DNA from: a virus
Taxonomy: Duplodnaviria; Caudoviricetes
IMG/VR virus record: IMGVR_UViG_2675903060_000001
Location: 1-64,000 of that record
Direction: 5' to 3' (one strand)
DNA length: 64,000 bases
Part shown: positions 9,378 through 18,884 of the stretch, in pieces
Position numbering within the stretch: the stretch's first letter is position 1
How the letters are laid out: the number at the start of each line of letters is the position of its first letter
Notes under the pieces: model-generated
What the model was told of the DNA's origin: nothing
What the model saw: the letters and a program-made list of their open reading frames with translations, nothing else
The model's database searches: none
Made by a program: the position numbers and the translations under genes

Positions 9378-9397
9378 GGTTGGCGGAACCGCCAACC
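9378..9397. promoter_or_regulatory. Dispersed 20-bp palindrome
   Basis: GGTTGGCGG-AA-CCGCCAACC with perfect arms, just upstream of the first early gene. Confidence 0.8.
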
Positions 9398-9413
9398 ACG
9401 ATCAGGGAGACAC

Positions 9414-9605
9414 ATGACCAGCCCCCACACCCAGCACGCCGCCAACCGCGCCGCCGACCTCGCGCTCATCGCGACCAGCGACGCCACCCTCCGCAGCGAC
9501 GCCCGCGACCTGCTCATCATCCACTACGGCGGCGACGTGACCGCCGCCGACCACGCCATCACCCAGGCCCGCGCCGTCCTCACCGAGCAGGGGGCCAAGC
9601 GCTGA
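9414..9605 (+). CDS. Hypothetical protein
   Basis: AGGGAG RBS; TGATG coupling. Confidence 0.65.
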   Translation: MTSPHTQHAANRAADLALIATSDATLRSDARDLLIIHYGGDVTAADHAITQARAVLTEQGAKR

Positions 9606-10024
9606 TGAAGCACAACATCAAGCCGGGCGACCGCCTGCGGATCACCATCATCGGCGAAGCCAACCTCCTGGACGACAAGGACATATGGGTCGCCGTCCCG
9701 GCGCCCCACACCCCCCGGCTCACCTTCAAGGTCCCGCTGGACAGCGCAGCCATCACCATCGAGGTCCTCACCCCCCGCTACTGGCCGCCCATGCGCGGCG
9801 ACGTGTGGCGGGACGGCGAGGGCCGCGAGTGGTTCGCCGTCCAGGACGTGCCCGACGCCGTCACGCTGGTGACCGAGCACGGCCGTCACGGTCTCAGCGA
9901 CCCCGAGGAGCTGCTGCCTCTGCACGGCCCGTGGAGGATCGCGTACAAGGGCCGGGAACGCCGGGAAGCTGAAGACCGCGACCGGGCTGAAGACCACGAC
10001 CTGGGCGACGAGCCGCCGTTCTGA
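9605..10024 (+). CDS. Hypothetical protein
   Basis: Coupled on both sides; WPPMRGDVWRD motif. Confidence 0.7.
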   Translation: MKHNIKPGDRLRITIIGEANLLDDKDIWVAVPAPHTPRLTFKVPLDSAAITIEVLTPRYWPPMRGDVWRDGEGREWFAVQDVPDAVTLVTEHGRHGLSDPEELLPLHGPWRIAYKGRERREAEDRDRAEDHDLGDEPPF

Positions 10025-10962
10025 TGGCCACGCTCACCGCAACACCCGAACTGCTCGGCCGGTTCGAGCCGGGCAGCCCCGAATGGCTCGCCACCCGCAT
10101 GGCCGAGGACGGGCCGCGCTTCGGCGGCACCGACGCCGCCGCCGCCCTCGGGTTCAGCACCTTCATCTCCCCGTACGGCCTGGCGATGATCCTCACCGGC
10201 CGCGTGGAGCGCGAGGAGCCGGGCGAGGACGCAGAACGCGGCAACCTCCTCGAACCCTCGCTCGCCGCCTACTTCCGCAAGTGCCACCCGGAGTGGGAGA
10301 TCGTGGACCACCCTGGCACGTACGCCAGCGGCTGGATGCTCACCAACCCCGACGCGCTCTGCTACTACCGCGGCCGGCTGGTGGCGGGCGGCGAGTACAA
10401 GTCGGCGCGCTACCGCGATGAGTGGGGCGAGCCCGGCACCGACGAGATCCCGCTCCCGTACTGGGTGCAGTCCATGTGGTACGCGCACTTCCACCAGGTG
10501 GACCGCTGGTACGTGCCGATGATCGGGCCCGGCCTGGAGTTCGCGGAGTACGTGGTCGAGTACGACGCGGAGGCGGCCCGCGCGCTGGTCGCCCAGGTGG
10601 CCGAGTTCCGCAGGAACCTGCTGTGGGGCGTCATGCCGCCGCTCGACCACCACCCGCACACCTACCGGGCGCTCCGCGCGGCTCACCCGGAGATCGATGA
10701 GGACCTGTCGATCAGCGTCTCGGACAAAGTCGGCGTCCGGTACGTCAAGGCCCAGCTCGCGTTCGACGCGGCCGAGGAGGAGCTGACCGGCGCCAAGGCC
10801 GACATGGCGGCCGAGGCCGGGCACGCGAAAAAGCTGTACCTCAATGGCCAGCTCATCGCGACCCGCCGCCGCAACCGCGGCCCGCACCCGCACATCCAGG
10901 CCGTGCGGAACCTCCACAAGATCAAGCTTCCCGCCCTGGAAGGAGACTCCGATGGGCGCTGA
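10024..10962 (+). CDS. YqaJ-like viral recombinase exonuclease (RecE-type)
   Basis: PGSPEWL..R..FGGTDAAAALG..ERGNLLEP..NPDA..EYKS..Y.VQ..WY. Confidence 0.92.
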   Translation: MATLTATPELLGRFEPGSPEWLATRMAEDGPRFGGTDAAAALGFSTFISPYGLAMILTGRVEREEPGEDAERGNLLEPSLAAYFRKCHPEWEIVDHPGTYASGWMLTNPDALCYYRGRLVAGGEYKSARYRDEWGEPGTDEIPLPYWVQSMWYAHFHQVDRWYVPMIGPGLEFAEYVVEYDAEAARALVAQVAEFRRNLLWGVMPPLDHHPHTYRALRAAHPEIDEDLSISVSDKVGVRYVKAQLAFDAAEEELTGAKADMAAEAGHAKKLYLNGQLIATRRRNRGPHPHIQAVRNLHKIKLPALEGDSDGR

Positions 10963-12634
10963 ACTCACTCCGCACCAGAAGGACCGGCTCGCGAAGCTGG
11001 ACGACACCATCACCGACTACGAGCTGGTGTTCCGGGAGGCGCTGCCGCCCGGCGTCCGCGTCGAACGCTTCCTCCAGGACGCCCGCAACGCGCTCGCCAA
11101 CAACCCCGACCTGGCCAACGTCTACGCCCCGAGCGTGATCGGCGGGCTCGTGACGTGCGCGCAGCTCAACCTGCGCCCGCACGTCCCCGCGCTCGGCCAC
11201 GCCTGGCTGATCCCGATGAAGAACAAGAAGGCGGGCGGACGGCTGGATGCCACGCTGATCGTCGGCTACAAGGGGCTGACGGACATCGGCTATCGCGACC
11301 CCGCTACCACGCTCCTCGGCGCGTACGCCGTGAAGGAGGGCGACGACTTCGACACGTGGTTTGAGAACGGCGTGTGGAACGTCAGGTACAGGCCCAACCG
11401 GCGTGATCCGCGCCGTGACGAGCGAGCCACCATCGACTACTTCGCGATGGCGAAGTACCGGGGCGAGGTCCACGTCACCGAGCCGATGACGCACACGCAG
11501 ATGGTCCGCCACCGCAACAAGTACGCGATGGCCCGCAGCAGCGGCCCGTGGTGGGAGAACGGCGAGCACTCGCCCGAGTTCGATGAGCAGGGCAAGAAGA
11601 CCATGATCCGAGCGCGGCTGGTCAAGCTGCTACCGCAGACGATCGAACTGGTCACCGCCGCGTACGCCGACGAGGGGACCCGCACCGACGATGATCCGCG
11701 CGGCGACATCCTCCAGGTGACCGTCCACCCCAACCGCGGCGACACCAGCGACAGCGGCGATGGGGAGGAGAACGGCAGCGGGCCGGAGCAGGCGCCGCGG
11801 CCCCGCTCCGTCATCAGGCTCATCGCCGAACGCGTGGACGGGCCAGCCGACGAGCAGGAGCCCGACGAGCTATCCAAGGATGAACTGCTGGACGCTCTCG
11901 GGGCGGCGCTCAAAGCCAAAGGTGTCCTCGGCCCGGCGATGCTCGCGTACGCGGCGAAGGTCCTGAACCGCCAGCTCAACCACCCTCGGGAAATGAAGAG
12001 TGACGACATCCGGAAGGTGCAGGACGCCGTCACCCAGGGTCTCTACCTGAATGGTCCGGCGTCGGACGCTCCAGCTCCGCAGACAGCTCCGCCGCCCCAG
12101 GCGCCTCCCACACCGGAAGCACCTGCGGCTCCGGCCGACGCGCCCGAAGCGCCCCCGGCTCCTCAGCGGGAGCAGCCTCGGCGACCGGTCGGCGCCGCCA
12201 ACCGGGCCACCCTGACCAAGCTGAACACGCTGTTCGGCGAGGCGGGCATCAGCGAAGACGCCCGCTTCCCGTGGCTCGCTCAGAATGTCGCCGTGGAGGT
12301 CTCCTCCACTGCTCAGCTCATCGCCGCGAAGGCGGACGAAGCGATAGCCAAGCTCGAAGTCGAGGCGCGGGCCCGCTGTGACGACCTCAAGCTGCGGATC
12401 GTCACGGTGTGGACCGACATGGGAGGCACCCGCGAGGAACTGACCCCGGCCGTGTGCTGGTGGGTCAACGCCAACACCCGGCGACGCAGTAAGGCGCCCG
12501 TGACGCAGCTCAACCAGGTGTCGAACATGCACCTGGACGCGTTCCTCAAGGCGTTGGCCGCCGACCCAGGCCAAGGCCAGGTCACGCCGGACATGTACCG
12601 GCAGGCCATCGCCGGGCGGGGAGGTGCGTCCTGA
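10952..12634 (+). CDS. recT: RecT single-strand annealing protein with long C-terminal extension
   Basis: CAQLNLRP..LGHAWLIP..LIVGYKGL..VKEGDDF..PW..F.E..KKT..KLLP; follows YqaJ. Confidence 0.9.
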   Translation: MGAELTPHQKDRLAKLDDTITDYELVFREALPPGVRVERFLQDARNALANNPDLANVYAPSVIGGLVTCAQLNLRPHVPALGHAWLIPMKNKKAGGRLDATLIVGYKGLTDIGYRDPATTLLGAYAVKEGDDFDTWFENGVWNVRYRPNRRDPRRDERATIDYFAMAKYRGEVHVTEPMTHTQMVRHRNKYAMARSSGPWWENGEHSPEFDEQGKKTMIRARLVKLLPQTIELVTAAYADEGTRTDDDPRGDILQVTVHPNRGDTSDSGDGEENGSGPEQAPRPRSVIRLIAERVDGPADEQEPDELSKDELLDALGAALKAKGVLGPAMLAYAAKVLNRQLNHPREMKSDDIRKVQDAVTQGLYLNGPASDAPAPQTAPPPQAPPTPEAPAAPADAPEAPPAPQREQPRRPVGAANRATLTKLNTLFGEAGISEDARFPWLAQNVAVEVSSTAQLIAAKADEAIAKLEVEARARCDDLKLRIVTVWTDMGGTREELTPAVCWWVNANTRRRSKAPVTQLNQVSNMHLDAFLKALAADPGQGQVTPDMYRQAIAGRGGAS

Positions 12635-13026
12635 TGGCCTCCAAGGAGATCGCGCTCCCGCACATCGTCACGTTCTCCAACGGCTCGACCCGGCCCACGT
12701 TCCACCTGTACGTCAGCCAGCCGCCTCCGAAGAACACGCTCGACCCCCGCTGGGAGACGTGCACGGACCACCGCACCGCGTGCGACTGCCGGGAAGCCAT
12801 CTTCGCCGAAGACCTCGCCGAGCTGCGGGCCGAACGCGACATGCTCCTCGGCACGCTACGCGAGGAGCTAGCCGGGCACGCCACGCGCGCCTACACCAGT
12901 GACGGCGCGCGGGACGAGCAGGCCGAATGCAAGTGCATCGGCTGCGGGATCGCCCGCCGTCTGCCGTGGTACTCCGTGGGCGGCTACGTCGTCACCACGC
13001 GCCGGAGCGTGACCGACACCCCCTGA
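12634..13026 (+). CDS. Hypothetical Cys-containing protein
   Basis: TGATG coupling; C/H clusters. Confidence 0.7.
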   Translation: MASKEIALPHIVTFSNGSTRPTFHLYVSQPPPKNTLDPRWETCTDHRTACDCREAIFAEDLAELRAERDMLLGTLREELAGHATRAYTSDGARDEQAECKCIGCGIARRLPWYSVGGYVVTTRRSVTDTP

Positions 13027-13109
13027 AGCCCCGGCTGGGCGCGCTTCTGCACGCACGAGGCGGGCGCGCTCAGCCGGCCCTACCCGCACCCCCCCGAGAA
13101 AGGACCACC

Positions 13110-13583
13110 ATGTCGATCGACTCTCTCCCCGAGGCCGACCAGACCGGCCAGGCCAGCGTCTCGGCGATGACGCCCGCCGTTCGCACCTACCTGGCCAACG
13201 GCGTCCAGCAGGTCAACGACACCATCGCCGGGGCGAAGCGGCACCTGGACGAGCTGGGCACCCGCCGCGTCCAGCTCGACGCGCAGAAGGCCGCCGCCGA
13301 ACTGGAGCTCGACCAGGAGACGGACGCCGCCCGCGAGCACCTGGCCGCGCTGGAGGCCAGCCGCGCCCAGCTCCTCGCCCTCCTCGGCAACGCGGAGGGC
13401 AGCGAGAACGAGCTGCCGACGCAGGTGTGCTTCTGCGGCCGGATCGCTGTCCTGGACCCGGTGCGCGGCCCGGTGCACGTCGGCGACACCACGCACCTGC
13501 CCGCCATGGAGAAGTGCACGATGCCGCCGCTCGGCAGCCTCTTCACGCCGGGCCGCGCCGGCGGGGAGGGCCCGGTCGCGTGA
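13110..13583 (+). CDS. Hypothetical coiled-coil protein
   Basis: GAAAGGA RBS. Confidence 0.7.
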   Translation: MSIDSLPEADQTGQASVSAMTPAVRTYLANGVQQVNDTIAGAKRHLDELGTRRVQLDAQKAAAELELDQETDAAREHLAALEASRAQLLALLGNAEGSENELPTQVCFCGRIAVLDPVRGPVHVGDTTHLPAMEKCTMPPLGSLFTPGRAGGEGPVA

Positions 13584-13822
13584 ACACGCTGACTGCCCCC
13601 GCCGCGGCGGCGATCGACTCCAGTTGGAAGTCCGGCCTGTTCTGGCTCGTGTTCGTCAACGGCGTCGCGCTCGACCCGGAGCACCCGCTGCCGCTCCTCG
13701 GCGCGGCGGCGGCGTTCGTGCAGGCCGGACTCGATTACCCCGGCCAGGAGATCGGCGTCGCCCCGTGCACGCCGGAGGACCTGGCCCTCGCAGGAATCAC
13801 TCCTCGGAAGGAACAAGGATGA
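13580..13822 (+). CDS. Hypothetical protein
   Basis: GTGA overlap. Confidence 0.6.
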   Translation: MNTLTAPAAAAIDSSWKSGLFWLVFVNGVALDPEHPLPLLGAAAAFVQAGLDYPGQEIGVAPCTPEDLALAGITPRKEQG

Positions 13823-14232
13823 CCGCCACCGATTCCGTGCCCGCCCCCGACTCGATCCGGTCGGGCGCCCTCGTCGTGCTCCGCCGCGGCGGCTGGATTC
13901 AGGGCGACTACGCCCGCACCCGCACCCGCAAGGGAGGCGGAAAGGTCGGCTGCTGCCTGGTCGAGGCGCTGGGCCGCGCTGCCGGGCTGCCGCCGTTCGC
14001 GCTGGCCCGCCGTAAGCCTCGCCACACGGACGCCGCGTTCCTCGCCCGGTGGGAGGTCGCGCACAACCTGATGGACGAGCTCGCCGCCGCCCTTGGCCGC
14101 GACCCCGAGCACGACGAGCTGTCCACCAGGGAGTGGCTGACGAACTGGAACGACCGGACGGACCGCACCTGGGCCGAGGTGGAGGCCGCCCTGCGGCCCG
14201 CGCCGGTCGAAACGGCGGTCGAAACCTCATGA
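13819..14232 (+). CDS. DUF6197-like phage protein
   Basis: GWIQG..CCLVEAL..WND.TDRT.AEV pattern. Confidence 0.65.
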   Translation: MTATDSVPAPDSIRSGALVVLRRGGWIQGDYARTRTRKGGGKVGCCLVEALGRAAGLPPFALARRKPRHTDAAFLARWEVAHNLMDELAAALGRDPEHDELSTREWLTNWNDRTDRTWAEVEAALRPAPVETAVETS

Positions 14233-14618
14233 CCCGACCCTCTCCGGTGCCGAGCGCCGCGTTCCTCGCCGCCATGACCGTGGTCGGCGGCGCGGTGTGG
14301 CTGGCGGCGTTCATCTCCGCCGGGGTCGCGACGTTCCTGGTCGCCGTCATCTGCCTCGGCGCCGGTCTCGCCTGCGGGTACGGCGTCGCGGACGTGGTCG
14401 CGGAGAACCGCTCCGAACGGCAGATCGCCGCCATGCACGCCTACAGCGTGACCGCGCACGACCAGGCCCAGCAGTGGCAGAAAGCCGCCGCAGGCAAGGA
14501 GCGCGAGCTGTACCAGGCGAGAGCGGACCTCCGCGAGGCCGAAAGCGAGCTGGCCATGCTGCGCGCCCAGGCCGCCGGCCCGGACGGCACCCAGGCCGAG
14601 GGAGACGAACCGCGATGA
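14229..14618 (+). CDS. Membrane protein with coiled-coil tail
   Basis: Two TM segments. Confidence 0.7.
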   Translation: MTRPSPVPSAAFLAAMTVVGGAVWLAAFISAGVATFLVAVICLGAGLACGYGVADVVAENRSERQIAAMHAYSVTAHDQAQQWQKAAAGKERELYQARADLREAESELAMLRAQAAGPDGTQAEGDEPR

Positions 14619-15172
14619 CCACCCCGCCGTGTGTGGCCGGGCTCGACCAGGCCGCCGAGAAGACCGGCCTGGCCCTGCCGGACGGCAGCACCCGCCTCAT
14701 CACCGCCCCCAGGGTGAGGGTGAGGCGGGGGGAGAAGCGGACGCTGGCCGACAACATGCGGCGGATGGACCACGTCGATGCCGAGTGCGCCCGCCTCATC
14801 ATCGGGGCGGGCACCGAGGCGATCGGCATCGAGGACTACGCCTTCACCAAGCAGTCGTCGGCCACGCACCGGCTCGCCGAGATCGGCGGGTCGGTGCGGC
14901 TCGCCTGCTGGCGGGCCGGGATCGCCATCGCCGTCATCAACATCAAGCACCTCAAGCAGTACGCCACCGGGGACGCCGACGCCTCCAAGAAGCAGATGGG
15001 CGACGCCGCCTTACGGTTCGCGGGCGCCCGGTTCCCCAGCGAGGACGAGTGCGACGCCGCCTGGGCGCGCTGGCTCATCCTCGACCGCCTCGGCCACCCC
15101 GAGGTTCACGTACCGGACGAGCATCGCCACGTGCTCGACCACGTCACCCTGCACCGCAAGGAGGGACCGTGA
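14615..15172 (+). CDS. RuvC-like Holliday junction resolvase
   Basis: AGLD..TG; IED; KQYATG..ASKKQM; DECDA. Confidence 0.88.
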   Translation: MTTPPCVAGLDQAAEKTGLALPDGSTRLITAPRVRVRRGEKRTLADNMRRMDHVDAECARLIIGAGTEAIGIEDYAFTKQSSATHRLAEIGGSVRLACWRAGIAIAVINIKHLKQYATGDADASKKQMGDAALRFAGARFPSEDECDAAWARWLILDRLGHPEVHVPDEHRHVLDHVTLHRKEGP

Positions 15173-15384
15173 AAACCCCATCCGACGTCGCCGACGAGCG
15201 ACGTTGGCAGAACCGCCAACGGCCGGCCATGCCGGACCAGCCGCGCGCCGCCGTCTGGAACGACGACCGCACCCGCGCCGTGGCCGTCATCGAGGGCCGC
15301 GACCTGACCGACGCCGACCTCGAAGCCGCACGGCGGCTGGCTGACCACCCGAACATCCACCACCACCACACGTTCCAGGAGTAG
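15169..15384 (+). CDS. Hypothetical protein
   Basis: GGAGGG RBS, GTGA overlap. Confidence 0.55.
   Translation: MKTPSDVADERRWQNRQRPAMPDQPRAAVWNDDRTRAVAVIEGRDLTDADLEAARRLADHPNIHHHHTFQE
15202..15221. promoter_or_regulatory. Dispersed 20-bp palindrome (intragenic)
   Basis: CGTTGGCAGAACCGCCAACG. Confidence 0.7.
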
Positions 15385-15387
15385 ATC

Positions 15388-15702
15388 GTGGCCACCACGA
15401 CATCGGCCGTAGCCGTCCTGACGAAGGCTCTGGCCCGCCCCAACCCGACCCCGCACCTGCTGCTGCGTGCGCTGCGCGCGGCCGGACTCGAAGTCACACG
15501 CACCGCCGACCGCCCGGCGTGGATGCCGACGACGCCGGACGCGTACGCGCTCGTCAAGCAGGCCGCAGACTGGCACATCGCGGGCCTGACTCCGCAGGAG
15601 ATCGCGGGCAGGATGCGGCGATCCACGCGGATGATCAACCGGTATCTGGCCGCCGCCGCGGCGATCCCCGGCCTGCTCGACCCGTTCGAGGAGCAGCGGT
15701 GA
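15388..15702 (+). CDS. HTH DNA-binding protein
   Basis: GLTPQEIAGRMRRSTRMINRYL. Confidence 0.75.
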   Translation: MATTTSAVAVLTKALARPNPTPHLLLRALRAAGLEVTRTADRPAWMPTTPDAYALVKQAADWHIAGLTPQEIAGRMRRSTRMINRYLAAAAAIPGLLDPFEEQR

Positions 15703-16073
15703 GCCGCGGCTACCGCTCCGCCCCTGACCCGTACCGGTCCGGCCCGATCGACATCCCGCAGGAACCGGAGTGGTTCGCCGACGCGGCATGCCACCGCATC
15801 GGGCACGAGCTGTTCTTCGGCCCGGCCGCCGACGAGGACAAGACGGAGACGACGCAGGAGAAGGAGGACCGCGAAGCGCGAGCGAAGGCCCTGTGCGCCG
15901 GCTGCGAGGTCCGGGTGAAGTGCGCCCAGTACGAGCGCGGCTTCGCCGAACCGATCCAGCGGGGCGGCGTCTGGCACGGCGACAACTACCACGAACGCCA
16001 GCTCGACCACCGCAAGGAGCAGCGCCGCGCCGCCGACCGGCGGCGCAGGAACAAGGAGAAGGGGCAGGTGTGA
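15699..16073 (+). CDS. WhiB family transcription factor
   Basis: W..AAC..LFF..AKALCAGCEVRVKC..GVWHG. Confidence 0.92.
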   Translation: MSRGYRSAPDPYRSGPIDIPQEPEWFADAACHRIGHELFFGPAADEDKTETTQEKEDREARAKALCAGCEVRVKCAQYERGFAEPIQRGGVWHGDNYHERQLDHRKEQRRAADRRRRNKEKGQV

Positions 16074-16387
16074 GCACCGCAGCCGACTTCCAGAAACGGG
16101 CCATGGACGAGGCCGTGCAGGCGCTGGCCAAGCGGCTGCGCGAACGCGACGCCACCGAACCCGGCCAGCGCGAGCCCGCCGACGTGTTCGCGCGCCGCTT
16201 CATCACCGACATGAACGGGCACGGCTGGCGGCTCACCCCCGCCGGCCGCGTCAACCCGCTCGCACGCAGGCCGCCCGACGACCCCACTGCGGTGACCCAG
16301 CGGGGTGCCGCGCTCGCCTTCGCTGAGCTCGCGAAGGTGATCGAGAAGCGAGCTGGTATCAACCAGGACGAGGGAGACGAAGCGTGA
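16070..16387 (+). CDS. Hypothetical protein
   Basis: GTGA overlap. Confidence 0.65.
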   Translation: MSTAADFQKRAMDEAVQALAKRLRERDATEPGQREPADVFARRFITDMNGHGWRLTPAGRVNPLARRPPDDPTAVTQRGAALAFAELAKVIEKRAGINQDEGDEA

Positions 16388-16947
16388 GCCCGGCCCGGCC
16401 TGCGCACGAGCAGCCCGGCGCGGTCCCCTCCTCCGTCCCGCACGACGCGTTCGGCGGCATCATCCTCGACACCACCGGCCTCGACCCCGACACCATCACC
16501 TGGGAGAAGCCGAAACCGTTCCCCGCGCTGCTGCGGCTGCACCACACCCACGGGCTGCGCGGCACCGCGCGCTACGTGCTGTGGAAGGACGTCCACGGGC
16601 CGGCCACGTACCCGATGTTCGCCGATGATCTCCCACGCACCATCCGGGGCACGGTCATCGACCACGGCGTGGCCGCCGCGCTCGAACACGGCGCGCTCGT
16701 CGCCGCCACGTGGGTGCCCATCACCCGGCGCGGCCAGTACGGCATCGCCCTCAAGGGCTTCCACGAGCAGGAACCCGCCGCGCCCGAGACGCCGCCGGCC
16801 AGCCCGGCGGACGAGGCCGCGGCCCGCTACATCGACCGCGAGCACGCCGTCCGGCTCATCCTCGCGACCCTCGGCCACGACGGCGAGGACGACGTCCCGC
16901 CGGGCCTGGCCGACCTGATCCACCACATCCGAGAAGACCAGCCGTAA
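16384..16947 (+). CDS. Hypothetical protein
   Basis: Coupled, high GC3. Confidence 0.7.
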   Translation: MSPARPAHEQPGAVPSSVPHDAFGGIILDTTGLDPDTITWEKPKPFPALLRLHHTHGLRGTARYVLWKDVHGPATYPMFADDLPRTIRGTVIDHGVAAALEHGALVAATWVPITRRGQYGIALKGFHEQEPAAPETPPASPADEAAARYIDREHAVRLILATLGHDGEDDVPPGLADLIHHIREDQP

Positions 16948-16962
16948 CCAGGAAGGACACCA

Positions 16963-17268
16963 GTGACCCACCACCGCCACACCTACACCAGCGTCCGCCA
17001 GGTCGGGCAAGCGGTCGGGCGCCTGCTCGACGCGCTCGCCGACAGCCCCGACCACCAGCGCGACGGACTCGTCACCTACCAGTCCGCCCCCAACGGCAGG
17101 TGGCAGTCCGGGGCGCACACCTGCGGCACCGGCACCATCAACACCGCGCGGAGCGCGGGGCTCATCACCATCCAGGTGACCGGCCGCAGCAGCAAGGGCC
17201 TCTCCCTGACCGAGGACGGCCTCCGGGTCGTCCGCGCCCGCCAGGCCCGGAAGGCGGACGGCCGATGA
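16963..17268 (+). CDS. Hypothetical protein (winged-helix-like C-terminus)
   Basis: GGAAGGA RBS; GLI..LTEDG. Confidence 0.6.
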   Translation: MTHHRHTYTSVRQVGQAVGRLLDALADSPDHQRDGLVTYQSAPNGRWQSGAHTCGTGTINTARSAGLITIQVTGRSSKGLSLTEDGLRVVRARQARKADGR

Positions 17269-17714
17269 CCGAGAACACCCCCAGCCCGTTCAACCCCTAC
17301 GCGGTCGCGTACGCCAGGACCGCGCTCGACGCCGCCGTCAACAACGACGCCGCCACCGTCGCCGACACCATCCGCCTCCTGCTGGCCGAGCACGGCATGC
17401 CCGGCGCCTACGACGCGATCTTCACGTGGTGCGCCGCGATCCGCGCTCACCTCCGGGTGCCTCTCGGCACCAACGTGGCCGTCGTCTACGTGAACGACGA
17501 CGGCGAGACCGTCCAGCCGCCGGAGGCGCGTCCCGCCTACGTGTGGGCCAACCGCGTCATGCAGGCGTACATCGCCCACGACAAGCCCAGCCTGAACGCC
17601 GTGGTCGCGGAGATGGGCGACGACCCGAAACAGGTGAAGGCTCACCTGGGCCAACTGGTCGCGCACGCCGCCGAAGTGGCCTGGGCCGCGGCCAGACGGG
17701 CGGAGCTGTCATGA
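17265..17714 (+). CDS. Hypothetical protein
   Basis: ATGA overlap. Confidence 0.7.
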   Translation: MTENTPSPFNPYAVAYARTALDAAVNNDAATVADTIRLLLAEHGMPGAYDAIFTWCAAIRAHLRVPLGTNVAVVYVNDDGETVQPPEARPAYVWANRVMQAYIAHDKPSLNAVVAEMGDDPKQVKAHLGQLVAHAAEVAWAAARRAELS

Positions 17715-18493
17715 CCCGGCACGTGATCCAGATGAGCGGCGGCCTCGGCTCGTTCTGGGCCGCCAAGCGCGTCGCCGAACGCCACGGCACCGCCGACATG
17801 ACCCTCCTGTTCGCCGACACCACCGTGGAGGACCCGGACCTCTACCGGTTCCTCGCCGACGCCGTCGCCCACCTGGACGTGCCACTCGTCACCGTCAAGG
17901 ATGGCCGGACGCCGTTCGAGGTGTTCCACGATGAGCACTTCCTGGGCAATTCCCGGCTCGCGCCGTGCACGAAGCGGCTCAAGCAGAAGCCCTGCCGCGC
18001 GTGGCTGGAGGAGCACTGCGGCCCGGCCGACACGGTGCTGTACGTCGGCATCGACTACTTCGAGCGGCGCCGCTGCCCCGGCGTCGTGAAGGGCTGGGCG
18101 CCATGGCGGGTCGAGTTCCCCCTGTGCGACAAGCCGCACTGGGACAAGAAGCGGATGATCGCCGAGTGCGCGAAGCTCAAGCTGGAGCCGCCCCGCCCGT
18201 ACGCCGATGGCTACGAGCACTGCAACTGCGGCGGCGTGTGCGTGCGCGCTGGGCAGGCGCAGTGGAAGCTCACGCTCCGACTGCACCCGGATCGGTACGC
18301 CCAGGCGGAGCGGCAGGAGCAGGAGTTCCGGGAGATGTTCGGGAAGGACGTCGCGATCCTCACCGAGACCCGCAACGGCGTGAAGCGTCCGCTCACGCTC
18401 GCCGAGCTGCGCCGCCGCGCCGAAGCCGAAACGGTTCAGCAGCCCCTCTTCACGGCGGCTCAGGCCATCTGGAACCGCGAGGTGACGGCATGA
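17711..18493 (+). CDS. PAPS-reductase-like PP-loop protein
   Basis: SGGLGS PP-loop, FADT..ED.DLYRF, CTKRLK, NCGGVC. Confidence 0.85.
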   Translation: MTRHVIQMSGGLGSFWAAKRVAERHGTADMTLLFADTTVEDPDLYRFLADAVAHLDVPLVTVKDGRTPFEVFHDEHFLGNSRLAPCTKRLKQKPCRAWLEEHCGPADTVLYVGIDYFERRRCPGVVKGWAPWRVEFPLCDKPHWDKKRMIAECAKLKLEPPRPYADGYEHCNCGGVCVRAGQAQWKLTLRLHPDRYAQAERQEQEFREMFGKDVAILTETRNGVKRPLTLAELRRRAEAETVQQPLFTAAQAIWNREVTA

Positions 18494-18741
18494 TCAGCTC
18501 TCTGACGCTGTCCGAGGTGATCGGCCGGGCGATGAACGCGGGCATGACGCCCGCCGAGGTCACCGCCAAGGTGTTCCGCGCCCTCATCGACCACAACATC
18601 GGCCAGGCCACCGTGCCCGAGGAGGACCTGCGCGTCGTCGTAGAGGTGGCCGCGAACTACCTCGACATGTGCGAGCCGCCGCCCGAACGGGAGATGGCCG
18701 CGCTCGCGTCCGTCCGCGCTCATCTCAGGGAGAGAGCGTGA
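18490..18741 (+). CDS. Hypothetical protein
   Basis: ATGA overlap. Confidence 0.65.
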   Translation: MISSLTLSEVIGRAMNAGMTPAEVTAKVFRALIDHNIGQATVPEEDLRVVVEVAANYLDMCEPPPEREMAALASVRAHLRERA

Positions 18742-18884
18742 AGATGCGCCGCTGCACCCTCGGCCGCCTGGCCATCTACATCGAGCCGCGAGACCTGTGG
18801 GTCGGCATCTACATCGCCCCGGCCGCGGTCTACGTCCTGCCCTTCCCGATGCTCGTCTTCCGCTGGACCAGGAGGACCAGGTGA
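18738..18884 (+). CDS. Small hydrophobic protein
   Basis: EPRDLWVGIY..VYVLPFPMLVFRW; coupled on both sides. Confidence 0.6.
   Translation: MKMRRCTLGRLAIYIEPRDLWVGIYIAPAAVYVLPFPMLVFRWTRRTR

Noticed and set aside
14615-15172. RuvC as a TnpB/Cas12-like effector
   Set aside because: 185-aa plain resolvase in replication context, with no Zn ribbon, array or IS ends.
15106-17118. Long minus-strand ORFs (also 41226-42776, 44622-46652, 60968-62866)
   Set aside because: Antisense shadows of real + strand genes in high-GC DNA; no motifs or RBS.
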